From NCBI GenBank assembly GCA_900314585.1, contig OMVV01000011.1, positions 1 through 55,042 of the forward strand: a stretch of DNA of 55,042 bases, in the 5' to 3' direction. Shown here piece by piece: positions 39,616 to 48,830 of this stretch; positions within the stretch are counted from its first letter, which is position 1, and each line of letters starts with the position of its first letter. This DNA comes from an uncultured Erysipelotrichaceae bacterium. GTDB lineage: Bacteria > Bacillota_I > Bacilli_A > RFN20 > CAG-826. The notes under the pieces were generated by a model. That model was not told the DNA's origin. It saw nothing but the letters and a program-made list of their open reading frames with translations, and searched no databases. Position numbers and translations under genes: made by a program.

Positions 39616-40827
39616 ATGAAATGTCCAAATTGTGGAAAAGAAATTGCCGATGATTCAAAGTTTTGTCCAAGCTGTGGCAAACAACTAAAAACAATCAAGT
39701 ATGTCTGCCCGAAATGTGGTGGTAGTGTGTCTTATGGAGACAAATACTGTGCAAATTGCGGGCAAATTTTCTCTTGGGGTAACACATCTGTTCAACAAGT
39801 CGAACCTCAAAAACCACAAAAAGAAGAGAAGAAAACACAAAAAGTTAATATCCCTTCCTTGATGATTGCGGGTGGATTAACTTTCTTTTGTTTCATATTA
39901 CTCATCGTTGGATTTTTTGGAAGCGCAGTCGTTGTTAACAATGGTGGATATATTTCCTCATTTACTTTTATTCAACTTTTAATAAACGACGGACTTGCAA
40001 AATGCTATACAGCCAAAACTTCATCTACTTCCTCGTTCTCGTTTGCGGCTTTTGATATCTATATCTTTTGCCTAATTGTGATGATCATTTCTTTCGTCTT
40101 CATGTTTGTACAAGTTATTCTCACGATCATAGCGATGGCAAAAAGAAGAAGATTACACACAAAATTATTCGCACAAATTTTCCTTGCTAATGCGTTTTAT
40201 ATGGCAATGCTTCGATATTCCGCTATTCAACAATCAGGAAGTATTCACGCATCATTTGGTTTTGGGCCAATCCTCATTTTTGTCGCTTCATTATTCCTTT
40301 TAATCAATATTGCGGTTTATAGAGCTATTGAATCTCGCAATAAAGTTTCACTTATTTCAATTATTCTTCAATATAGTGGCTTATTATTAGGTGTTTTAGC
40401 TATCTATATGTTCTTTGGACCATTCATATCTATTTCATATGGTGGTTATTACTCTACAGCATCTGGTCTAAGTCTCTTAGTCACTATGTATAGCAATCAC
40501 AATACCTCTAGTTCGATAGCTTCTTTAGCCTGGCTAGTCTTTGCCTTTGGCATCGTTACAATCGTGTTCTTTGTTGACGCAATTATGCTGGCGGTTATGG
40601 AAAAGCCATTAGCGTCTGCCATTAACTCAATTATTGGTTTTGTTTTCTTTGTTATGGTAGTTACTTATTTAACAATCGGCTATGCCGTTTACTATAACGG
40701 AAGCGTAGTTTATTCGCCAACCGCTCAGACAATTTTGTTCTATATTTTATCGATGTTATTCGCGAACCTTTCTATCGGTGGATTTATCACTCAAGTTATT
40801 GGAAGACACCACGAAGCTCGCGCTTAA
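39616..40827 (+). CDS. Double zinc-ribbon polytopic membrane protein
   Basis: Four CxxC motifs at the N-terminus followed by about eight hydrophobic segments; SD aggaga. Confidence 0.75.
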   Translation: MKCPNCGKEIADDSKFCPSCGKQLKTIKYVCPKCGGSVSYGDKYCANCGQIFSWGNTSVQQVEPQKPQKEEKKTQKVNIPSLMIAGGLTFFCFILLIVGFFGSAVVVNNGGYISSFTFIQLLINDGLAKCYTAKTSSTSSFSFAAFDIYIFCLIVMIISFVFMFVQVILTIIAMAKRRRLHTKLFAQIFLANAFYMAMLRYSAIQQSGSIHASFGFGPILIFVASLFLLINIAVYRAIESRNKVSLISIILQYSGLLLGVLAIYMFFGPFISISYGGYYSTASGLSLLVTMYSNHNTSSSIASLAWLVFAFGIVTIVFFVDAIMLAVMEKPLASAINSIIGFVFFVMVVTYLTIGYAVYYNGSVVYSPTAQTILFYILSMLFANLSIGGFITQVIGRHHEARA

Positions 40828-40925
40828 ATTCAATGCAAAAATTCGATAATTATAACGCTTTGTTATATCTAGCAAAGAAATTTTCTATGAAAATTATCTA
40901 AACTAAGATAAGATATAAATATATC

Positions 40926-42227
40926 ATGATTGCAAAAACTAGACATATTAAGGATACGAAGAAGATTGTAGGTCTTTTACCTGCAGTTAGATATGTTGAT
41001 CCAAAATACGTCTATATTCCTATCACCAACGCTAGATGCGCTAATGGGGAGATTTTTATTAAAGAAGGCGATCACGTCAAATGTTCCCAAGTTATTGGAA
41101 TGAGACATGGTCCATTTTTCGATCAACCAATTCATTCAACAGTGTCCGGAACATATGTTGGACTTGAAAAACATTATCACCGTAATGGTAAGATGATTGA
41201 TTTCATGAAGATTGAAAATGATTTTAAGGATACATTTGATGAATCTTCAAAGAAAAGAAGTCCAGAAGAAATCGCTAAGCTAACAAAAGAAGACATGACC
41301 AAGATCATCAAAGATTGCGCTTTGGTTGGTTTAGGTGGATCGTCTTTCCCTACATATATCAAATTTCAAACCGATAAAAAGATTGATTTAATTTTAATTA
41401 ACGCGATTGAATGTGAACCATATATTACTGCTGACCATCGTTTGATGCTTGAATTCCCATATCGCGTTATGGATGGGATTAAATACGCAATGCAAGCTTT
41501 TAATTGTAAGAAGGCGTTAATCTGCATCAAATCTAAATATAAAGACATCAAAGCAGTCTATGAACAAATCATCAAAGAATATGAAGGTTCAGGAATTGAA
41601 CTTTGCCTTGTAGGAAACTATTACCCACAAGGTTGGGAAGTTGAAATGATTAAAAGTGCGACCGGTATTAAATTAAAACCAGGCGAACTTCCAACCAATC
41701 GAGGAATTATCAATTTCAACGTTTCTACAATTGTTGGATTATACAAGGCTGTTAAATATAACATTCCAGTTTTAAAAAGATTTATTACCGTTACTGGTGA
41801 TGGGATTAAAACCCCAAAGAACTTTAGAGTGAGAGTTGGAACGTCAATCCGAGATCTTATCCCAATGTGTGATGGCTATAAAAATCCAGACAAAGACAAA
41901 GTCTTTATTTTAGGTGGCCCAATGATGGGTGCCTCCGTCACAAGTGACGATTGTATCATCACTAAAACCGTTACCTCGATTATTATCTTGGATAAAGTTT
42001 CATACAAAGAAGAGCCATGTGTCAGATGTGGTAGCTGCGTTTTATCTTGTCCAGTTCATCTTGAACCAGTCCAGATTATGAATGCGGTGAAATCACTTGA
42101 TAAAGAACGTATTAAAAAACTTAATCCACTTCGTTGCATTGAATGTGGTCTATGCACATATTCATGCACATCAAAGATTGCGGTTACTGATTTTGTTAGA
42201 AGGGCAAAAATATTCGCGAAGTTATGA
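40926..42227 (+). CDS. rnfC: Rnf electron transport complex subunit C
   Basis: PIHSTVSG, VGLGGSSFPT, NAIECEPYITAD, GGPMMG, two CxxCxxCxxxC clusters. Confidence 0.93.
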   Translation: MIAKTRHIKDTKKIVGLLPAVRYVDPKYVYIPITNARCANGEIFIKEGDHVKCSQVIGMRHGPFFDQPIHSTVSGTYVGLEKHYHRNGKMIDFMKIENDFKDTFDESSKKRSPEEIAKLTKEDMTKIIKDCALVGLGGSSFPTYIKFQTDKKIDLILINAIECEPYITADHRLMLEFPYRVMDGIKYAMQAFNCKKALICIKSKYKDIKAVYEQIIKEYEGSGIELCLVGNYYPQGWEVEMIKSATGIKLKPGELPTNRGIINFNVSTIVGLYKAVKYNIPVLKRFITVTGDGIKTPKNFRVRVGTSIRDLIPMCDGYKNPDKDKVFILGGPMMGASVTSDDCIITKTVTSIIILDKVSYKEEPCVRCGSCVLSCPVHLEPVQIMNAVKSLDKERIKKLNPLRCIECGLCTYSCTSKIAVTDFVRRAKIFAKL

Positions 42228-43351
42228 CAATAGTTAAAGAAAGCGCTCCTCATATTCGTCGTAAAGCTAGCGTCACCAGAATGATGGTGGATGTTTTAAT
42301 TGCCCTTGCTCCAACTTTAATCTTTTCGTTTGTTGTTTATCCACTTCAAACTTTAGCAACGTACCTAACTTCATTATTTATAATGGTTGGTGCTGAATTC
42401 GTTTATATTGGCTTACGCGGCATTATGCCAAAAGACGGCCAAAAGCATTCATTTAAAGAGCGATTTAATTACGCTTACAAGGGTAAATACAATCAAAACA
42501 ACATTTTAACTCCTGCCATCAGTGCAGTTATCTTTACACTCATTATGCCTGCAGGTGCACCTATATATGCAGTTATTGTTGGTGCGTTAGTAGGTATTGT
42601 TTTAGGTAAACTTGTTTTCGGTGGACTTGGTAGCAACATCTTTAACCCGGCCGCAGTTGGTATGCTTTTTGCAAAGATTTGCTTTGGTTCACAACCTCAA
42701 TACTCAGCCTACGTTCCAACTTGGTACTATTCAGTTTCTGATGTAACTGCATCACCAACTCCACTTGCCTGTATCAACGGAGGAATGTTCACCAATTACG
42801 AACAATATTCAACATTCGATTTATTCTTTGGACGCATTCCAGGAACTCTTGGTGAAGTCTACAAGATCACAATTATTATCGGTTTAATCTATTTACTTAT
42901 TCGCCGCAGCATCGACTGGCGAATTGTTGTTTCATTTTTAGGAACATTCACCGTTTTAGCCTTTGTTACTGGTTTATCAACAATGGCTTTAGCAAGTAAC
43001 GTTAATCCATTTGCGATCACTTTATATCATTTATTAAGCGGCGGTGTATTATTTGGCGCAACATTTATGTTGACTGATCCCGTAACTAGCCCAATCAACT
43101 CACCATCACGAATTATCTATGGCATGGTAGCTGCCGTTTCAACAATCTTTATTCGTTTATTTGCTGCTTTACCAGAAGGCGTCGGTTTCTCAATTCTTAT
43201 CGCCAATATGGTCGCGGTTGTCTTAGATCACTATGAATGGTCATCTTCCAGATACACTTGGAAGAAATTATTAACGATGGGATTATTGCTTGTTATTCCA
43301 GCAGTGATCATCGTTTTAGCAGTTATCTATGGAGGTATGTATAATGCCTAA
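42224..43351 (+). CDS. rnfD: Rnf subunit D
   Basis: APHIR, FGGLGSNIFNPA, PGTLGE, FMLTDPVTSP. Confidence 0.93.
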   Translation: MTIVKESAPHIRRKASVTRMMVDVLIALAPTLIFSFVVYPLQTLATYLTSLFIMVGAEFVYIGLRGIMPKDGQKHSFKERFNYAYKGKYNQNNILTPAISAVIFTLIMPAGAPIYAVIVGALVGIVLGKLVFGGLGSNIFNPAAVGMLFAKICFGSQPQYSAYVPTWYYSVSDVTASPTPLACINGGMFTNYEQYSTFDLFFGRIPGTLGEVYKITIIIGLIYLLIRRSIDWRIVVSFLGTFTVLAFVTGLSTMALASNVNPFAITLYHLLSGGVLFGATFMLTDPVTSPINSPSRIIYGMVAAVSTIFIRLFAALPEGVGFSILIANMVAVVLDHYEWSSSRYTWKKLLTMGLLLVIPAVIIVLAVIYGGMYNA

Positions 43352-43862
43352 CAAAAAACATTATATTTTAACCTCCGTGACATTAGGTCTTATTGGTGCC
43401 GCTAGCGCCCTTCTTATTGGTGGTTCAAATATGATCACTAAAGAGCGCATTGCACAAAACGAAATCAATAAGATTAATTCGGGAATTGCCGAGATATTTG
43501 GTAATTCATCATCAATTGCTAATGAAGCAGATTTAGCTTATGAATACGTAAATCATGTCTACGAAATCAAGGTTGAAGAACCGGTTGGATATGCCTTTAA
43601 AACAAGTGGTTCAAATATGTATGGAAAAGTCTCACTTATCGTTGGCTTTAATTTAGAAAAACAATTTATGTCGATGGTGGTTGTCACTAACGAACAAACT
43701 TACGCGCAAGCATTGATGGATAATTATATCAATCCACTTAATAACGGTTCTAAAGATAACATTGATGATGTCTCTTGTGGTGCAACTTATGGTGCAAAAC
43801 TTGTTCGTGACATGATTAAAGATGCTCAAAAAGCATTAGAAGAGGAAACTTGGAAAAAATGA
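43344..43862 (+). CDS. rnfG: Rnf subunit G (FMN-binding)
   Basis: N-terminal TM; flavinylation-like motif DVSCGATY; operon position. Confidence 0.8.
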   Translation: MPNKKHYILTSVTLGLIGAASALLIGGSNMITKERIAQNEINKINSGIAEIFGNSSSIANEADLAYEYVNHVYEIKVEEPVGYAFKTSGSNMYGKVSLIVGFNLEKQFMSMVVVTNEQTYAQALMDNYINPLNNGSKDNIDDVSCGATYGAKLVRDMIKDAQKALEEETWKK

Positions 43863-44584
43863 GTAGAGAAAAAGGCTACACAAAAAAGAATTTCCTTAAG
43901 GGCATAATTAACGAGAATCCACTCTTTGTGTCGATTCTTGGTACATGTCCAGCTTTAGCAACCACCAAAACGCTTGAAGCAGCTTTAGGCATGGGCATCT
44001 TATTTACAGTTGTTTTAATCTGTTCAAACGTCCTCGTAAGTCTACTTAGAAAAGTTATCAGCGAAGAAATTCGCACCCCGGCTTATATCGTTATCATCGC
44101 GACATTTGTCACAATCGTTAAGATGATGACCAACGCATTCCTTCCTGAACTTTATTCAACTTTAGGTGTCTTTATTTCCCTTATCGTTGTTAACTGTATC
44201 GTTCTAGGCAGAGCGGAAGCATATGCATCTAAAAACAATGTATTTGATTCTTTGATCGATGCTCTTGGAATGGGTGTTGGTTACACAATAGCTTTGCTAA
44301 CTATGGCATTCTTTAGAGAATTCCTTGGAACAGGTGGTTTCTCTATCGGAGCGATCTTTACTTTTATTCCACAAGCAAAATTACAAATTATTCCTAAGGA
44401 TTACGTCATTTCGATTTTCCAAAATCCAGCTGGTGCATTTATCGTCTTTGGTCTTATCTTAGCGGTCATGGCCTTTAGACGAAACCGTAAAGAAGAATAT
44501 AAGGCTTATTTAGCCAAACAAGAAAAGCTTCGCAAGCAACAAGAAGCAGCTGCCGCAAAAGCTATTGAAGGAGGGCAAAAATAA
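43859..44584 (+). CDS. rnfE: Rnf subunit E
   Basis: ENP, LGTCPALAT, LIVVNCIVLGRAEA. Confidence 0.93.
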   Translation: MSREKGYTKKNFLKGIINENPLFVSILGTCPALATTKTLEAALGMGILFTVVLICSNVLVSLLRKVISEEIRTPAYIVIIATFVTIVKMMTNAFLPELYSTLGVFISLIVVNCIVLGRAEAYASKNNVFDSLIDALGMGVGYTIALLTMAFFREFLGTGGFSIGAIFTFIPQAKLQIIPKDYVISIFQNPAGAFIVFGLILAVMAFRRNRKEEYKAYLAKQEKLRKQQEAAAAKAIEGGQK

Positions 44585-45183
44585 TGAATATCTTTGTATC
44601 ATTTGTTTTGGCAATCATCTCCAGTATGCTTGTTGATAACGTCGTTTTATCAAGATTCTATGGAATTTGTCCGTTCTTAGGAGTTTCAAGAAAAGTTAAC
44701 TCTTCGTTAGGAATGGGTGTAGCGGTTGTCTTTGTTATTGTCTTAGCAACACTTATTTGCTGGCCACTTTATAATTTTGTCTTAGTACCTGCTGGCATTC
44801 CATTTATGGATACAGTCGCGTATATCTTAGTTATCGCCTCACTTGTTCAACTTGTTGGCTTATTCATTAAGAAATATTCGCCATCTTTATATAAGAGCTT
44901 AGGAATTTATTTACCACTTATCACAACCAACTGTGCTGTTTTAGGTGTTGCCCAATCAAATACTGATCAAGGTTTAACATTCTTAGCATCGCTTGCGAAC
45001 GCATTAGGAACTTCAATTGGTTTCTTATTAATCATTGTTACATTCTCTTGTATCAGAGTTAGATTAGAAATTGCAAACACTCCAAAAGCATTCAAGGGCT
45101 TACCAATTGCTCTTATTTGTGCGGCGATTATGGCAATCGCCTTAGTAGGATTACAAGGATTATTTTCAGGAATTAAGTTATGA
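44584..45183 (+). CDS. rnfA: Rnf subunit A
   Basis: GICPFLGVS, GIYLPLITTNCAVLG. Confidence 0.94.
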   Translation: MNIFVSFVLAIISSMLVDNVVLSRFYGICPFLGVSRKVNSSLGMGVAVVFVIVLATLICWPLYNFVLVPAGIPFMDTVAYILVIASLVQLVGLFIKKYSPSLYKSLGIYLPLITTNCAVLGVAQSNTDQGLTFLASLANALGTSIGFLLIIVTFSCIRVRLEIANTPKAFKGLPIALICAAIMAIALVGLQGLFSGIKL

Positions 45184-45374
45184 GTCAGACTGTTTATCTA
45201 ATCATTGCAATTTCAATCCTAGTAGCTTTGCTAGTAACTTTCTTTGTATCGTTTGTTTTATATCGAAAAACCCCAGTCCCAAAAGGCTGTGAAAATATGA
45301 AAATGAGTGAAGAAAAATGTCAAAGTTGTTCAAATGAACAATGTATGTTTTCTAAACCAAGGAGCGAGGAGTAA
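45180..45374 (+). CDS. Small membrane-anchored Cys-rich protein in the rnf operon
   Basis: TM helix then C-x9-C-x2-C-x4-C; start overlaps the rnfA stop (ATGA). Confidence 0.65.
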   Translation: MSQTVYLIIAISILVALLVTFFVSFVLYRKTPVPKGCENMKMSEEKCQSCSNEQCMFSKPRSEE

Positions 45375-45376
45375 TT

Positions 45377-45694
45377 ATGGAAATACTTTGGGGAGTACTT
45401 ATCTTACTCGGATTAGGCTTATTACTTGGCTTAGGTTTAGCGATTGCCGCGAAGATTTTGTATGTCAAAGAAGATGAAAGAATTGATGAAGTTGCTAAAC
45501 GTCTTCCAAATTATAACTGTGGTAGCTGTGGCTACGCTGGCTGTAAAGCGATGGCGGAAGCAATCGTTAAAGGTAAAGAAGAGAATATTCGTAAATGTAA
45601 ACCTGGTAAGGAAGAACAAAACTTCAAACCTATTATTGAATATCTTGATGCTCATCCAAATGATGATGGCTCAAAAGTCAAAGTTCATTTATGA
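45377..45694 (+). CDS. rnfB: Short RnfB (TM plus N-terminal FeS domain only)
   Basis: LPNYNCGSCGYAGC...CKPG; no CxxCxxCxxxCP ferredoxin motifs. Confidence 0.8.
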   Translation: MEILWGVLILLGLGLLLGLGLAIAAKILYVKEDERIDEVAKRLPNYNCGSCGYAGCKAMAEAIVKGKEENIRKCKPGKEEQNFKPIIEYLDAHPNDDGSKVKVHL

Positions 45695-46647
45695 AACTTA
45701 AAAACATAGCCCCTTTATTTGTTGTTGCGTGTTTATCATCTTGCTCATCTACTTCTAATGTTGGTGAGAGCAAGGTTTTTTGTTTTGATACCGTTGTTGA
45801 TATCAAACTATATAATGCTGATTCATCTCAATTAAAAGAAGTGGAGAATATCGTTAATCGAATCGATAAGCTCACTGATAACTTTAAAGAGAGAGATGTT
45901 ACAAATGTATATTCAATAAATCAAAGTAATTCAGATTATCAAATTGATCCAGAATTATATGACTTGTTATATCGTTCAGTGAGTGTTTCTGGCGGTGGTG
46001 CAAACTATTTCAATCCACTTGCAGGATCACTTATTAATAGGTGGAAAGAAGCGTTAAAATCTTCGCAAATCCTCGATGAAGCTACAATTTTAAGCGAAGT
46101 AAGTAAGATTCAAAATTCATCTATTTCTTTTAAAGATAACTACATTGTTTCTCGAAACGGAGAGGCCCTTGTTGACTTAGGTGGAATTGCAAAAGGTTAT
46201 GCACTTGATCGAATCAAAACATATTTAGAAAGTGTTGGATTAAAGCAATATCTTATTAACGCTGGTTCATCTTCAATCCTCCTCGGTGAGAAAGATTCTC
46301 ATGATCATTTATTCTCAGTTGGAATTAAGGATCTCGATAATACCTATCTAAAACTCAACAATTGTTTTGTTTCCACATCAGGAATATCTTCACAAGGCGT
46401 TGAAATTAATGGGGTGATGTATTCTCATATCATCAATCCATATACCGGAAGTGCAATTAATAACTATGATGCTGTTGTTGTCATTTCAAATAACGGAGCC
46501 TTTGGTGATGCATTATCCACTTCGATGATGAACAACACTCTCGAAGAGATTAGACAAATTGAAAATGATCACAAAGTTCAGACAATTGTTATTAAAGATA
46601 AGAAGATAGTGTATAAACACTATGCCTTAGAGGTGTTTAAACATTAA
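45691..46647 (+). CDS. apbE: FAD:protein FMN transferase (ApbE), lipoprotein
   Basis: Lipobox LSSC, DLGGIAKGYA, STSG, HIINPYTG, DALST. Confidence 0.92.
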   Translation: MKLKNIAPLFVVACLSSCSSTSNVGESKVFCFDTVVDIKLYNADSSQLKEVENIVNRIDKLTDNFKERDVTNVYSINQSNSDYQIDPELYDLLYRSVSVSGGGANYFNPLAGSLINRWKEALKSSQILDEATILSEVSKIQNSSISFKDNYIVSRNGEALVDLGGIAKGYALDRIKTYLESVGLKQYLINAGSSSILLGEKDSHDHLFSVGIKDLDNTYLKLNNCFVSTSGISSQGVEINGVMYSHIINPYTGSAINNYDAVVVISNNGAFGDALSTSMMNNTLEEIRQIENDHKVQTIVIKDKKIVYKHYALEVFKH

Positions 46648-47024
46648 TGGATAAGAAGAAACTTCGTAACGACATTATTTTAGTTGGTTCGCTTTTAATT
46701 GCGGCCATCACAGCATTGCTGGTTGTTATTTTTACCAGACAAACAAATAATTTAGTCGCTAAAGTTTCTGTTCAAAACCAAGTTGTTTTAACTATAGATT
46801 TAACAAAAGAAAACAATAAGGATTACGTCGTTAAAGGTATTAATGGGGGCGTTCATATTCATGTAAAAGACGGCGCGATTGCGGTTACTGAATCTAATTG
46901 CCCTCATCAAGACTGTGTTCGCACTGGCTATATAAGTGATTCATCTCATCCAATTATTTGTGCATATAATGCAGTAACAATTGAAATCGTTGGTAATCAA
47001 ACCAATGATGTGGAGGTTGGCTAA
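46647..47024 (+). CDS. NusG domain II-containing protein (DUF1312)
   Basis: N-terminal TM; SNCPHQDCVRTG...IICAYN. Confidence 0.85.
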   Translation: MDKKKLRNDIILVGSLLIAAITALLVVIFTRQTNNLVAKVSVQNQVVLTIDLTKENNKDYVVKGINGGVHIHVKDGAIAVTESNCPHQDCVRTGYISDSSHPIICAYNAVTIEIVGNQTNDVEVG

Positions 47025-47542
47025 TGAACGTTCATAAGCTTGTCCTCCTTGGAGTGTTAACTGCCTCTGCCATCGTAATTGGGATTTTAGAGTCATTTAT
47101 TCCAAGCATTGGCATCCCAGGGGTTAAACTTGGTTTAACGAATATCGTTATATTGGTTACCTTATTTGAATTAGGTGTTTTTGAGGCGTCAATTATTAGT
47201 ATGCTTCGTGTTGTTATTGTTGCTGTTACCCGCGGGACTTTATTCTCAATGGGATTTTTGATGTCGCTTTCTGGAGCGATATTATCTCTGGGAATTATGA
47301 TTATTTTGTTCTACACAATTAAGAAATTTTCAATTATTGGCATCAGCGTGATTGGGGCTTTATTCCACGTTATTGGGCAAATCTTAGTTGCTATGCTTTA
47401 TCTTGGAACCACATATATTCTGTACTATTTACCGATAATTGCGATTTCTGCGATTATCACTGGTGTGATTGTGGGTTTAATCTCGCAAGCAATAATCCGC
47501 ACCGGAGTAATTAAAAAGCAACGCCAAAAATACGATTTTTAA
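47024..47542 (+). CDS. Gx transporter family protein (heptaprenyl diphosphate synthase component I-like)
   Basis: ESFIP..IPGVKLGLTN, SVIGALFHVIGQ; adjacent to the NusG-II gene. Confidence 0.85.
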   Translation: MNVHKLVLLGVLTASAIVIGILESFIPSIGIPGVKLGLTNIVILVTLFELGVFEASIISMLRVVIVAVTRGTLFSMGFLMSLSGAILSLGIMIILFYTIKKFSIIGISVIGALFHVIGQILVAMLYLGTTYILYYLPIIAISAIITGVIVGLISQAIIRTGVIKKQRQKYDF

Positions 47543-47603
47543 ATTAATTTAATCTCTTAACAAATATTTAATGAATGTTAAAATACAAGTAGGAGGTTTT
47601 AGT

Positions 47604-47942
47604 ATGAAAAAAGCAATTCATGCGTTCTTAAAAGTGAGTTTCATTCTCTCGATTATTTTACTCGCAGTTGGAGTTATTTATATTCCACTTGCATTTGCCA
47701 CAAACGACGAGGCCACACGTATTTCATGTATCGTTTGCGCTTGCATCTTTGTGCCAATTGGTATTTTTGATTTAGTTGGTTCAATCATTATTCGTAAAAA
47801 ATGGCCACTTTGCAAATCTAAGGCAGAGGCAAAACCACTTGCTATCTTTGCAATTATCGTTGGCGCGCTTTGCACTGAATTTGCCTTAGCCGCCGGCATC
47901 TTAATGCTCACTTTACCAGAAGAAAGATATAAAGAAGAATAG
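47604..47942 (+). CDS. Hypothetical membrane protein
   Basis: SD aggagg; three to four hydrophobic segments. Confidence 0.7.
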   Translation: MKKAIHAFLKVSFILSIILLAVGVIYIPLAFATNDEATRISCIVCACIFVPIGIFDLVGSIIIRKKWPLCKSKAEAKPLAIFAIIVGALCTEFALAAGILMLTLPEERYKEE

Positions 47943-48389
47943 TTATTTTATTCTTTGAATAATATTTTCAATGCATTCCTCGAGTTCATCAACAACTTCA
48001 TCAAATTGTCCCGTATACCATGGATCATCAATTTGACTTAGATGTGGAGTGTAAATAGTTATAGGAAAAATAATCTTCTTATAATCATTTAATTGATACA
48101 AGAGATTCCGTTTATTAAATTCATCCATATAAAAGATATAATCAGCATTGTCGTAATCTTGTTGAGATATCCTTGTAGCGTGATGAGTGTAAAATGGAAT
48201 CTCTTTATTATATAAAGCTCTTTTCATTGGGGGATAAATATCATTGCCAATCTCTTCAGTTGATGTCGCTCTAGAGATGACATTAAAACGATCATCAAGG
48301 TGATATTTGATGAGAAGCAGTTTAGCGATATATTCTGCTGCAACAGAACGACAGATATTTCCATGGCAAACAAAAATTATTGTTTTCAT
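47943..48389 (-). CDS. Low molecular weight protein-tyrosine phosphatase family protein
   Basis: FVCHGNICRS P-loop and IDDPWYT; likely start is MKTIIF at 48389 rather than 48578. Confidence 0.9.
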   Translation of the reverse strand: MKTIIFVCHGNICRSVAAEYIAKLLLIKYHLDDRFNVISRATSTEEIGNDIYPPMKRALYNKEIPFYTHHATRISQQDYDNADYIFYMDEFNKRNLLYQLNDYKKIIFPITIYTPHLSQIDDPWYTGQFDEVVDELEECIENIIQRIK

Positions 48390-48434
48390 AATTAAAATTA
48401 AATCATAAATAAGTAATTGTGATAAGATATGAGC

Positions 48435-48830
48435 ATGAAAAGACAGGTTTATGTAGTCGCAGGAGCGATTGTTAAAGATAAAAAAGTGTTCGCTGCCCAA
48501 CGCGGTAATAAAGGCGAAACAAAGTTTAAGTGGGAATTCCCGGGTGGAAAGATTGAACCAGGAGAAACTCCTGAACAAGCTTTAGCAAGGGAGCTTTCCG
48601 AAGAACTTAAAATCAATGTGAAGGTTTATGAGCTCATCACCTCCATCGTTGATGAATACGAAACTCAAGTCCTTCATATTGATACATATCGATGTGAACT
48701 TATTTCTGGTGAACCAACTTTGACTGAACACATCAATAAAGGCTGGTTTGATAAAGACGGACTTGATCAAGTTACCTTCTCGCCTGCCGATAAACCAACA
48801 TTAGCGAAAATTAAAAAGGATTATTTATAA
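48435..48830 (+). CDS. NUDIX hydrolase (MutT/NudG-like)
   Basis: WEFPGGKIEPGETPEQALARELSEEL Nudix box. Confidence 0.92.
   Translation: MKRQVYVVAGAIVKDKKVFAAQRGNKGETKFKWEFPGGKIEPGETPEQALARELSEELKINVKVYELITSIVDEYETQVLHIDTYRCELISGEPTLTEHINKGWFDKDGLDQVTFSPADKPTLAKIKKDYL

Noticed and set aside
48390-48578. N-terminal extension of the LMW phosphatase ORF
   Set aside because: It overlaps the divergent NUDIX gene, and the family starts a few residues before the FVC motif, so the start was moved to 48389.
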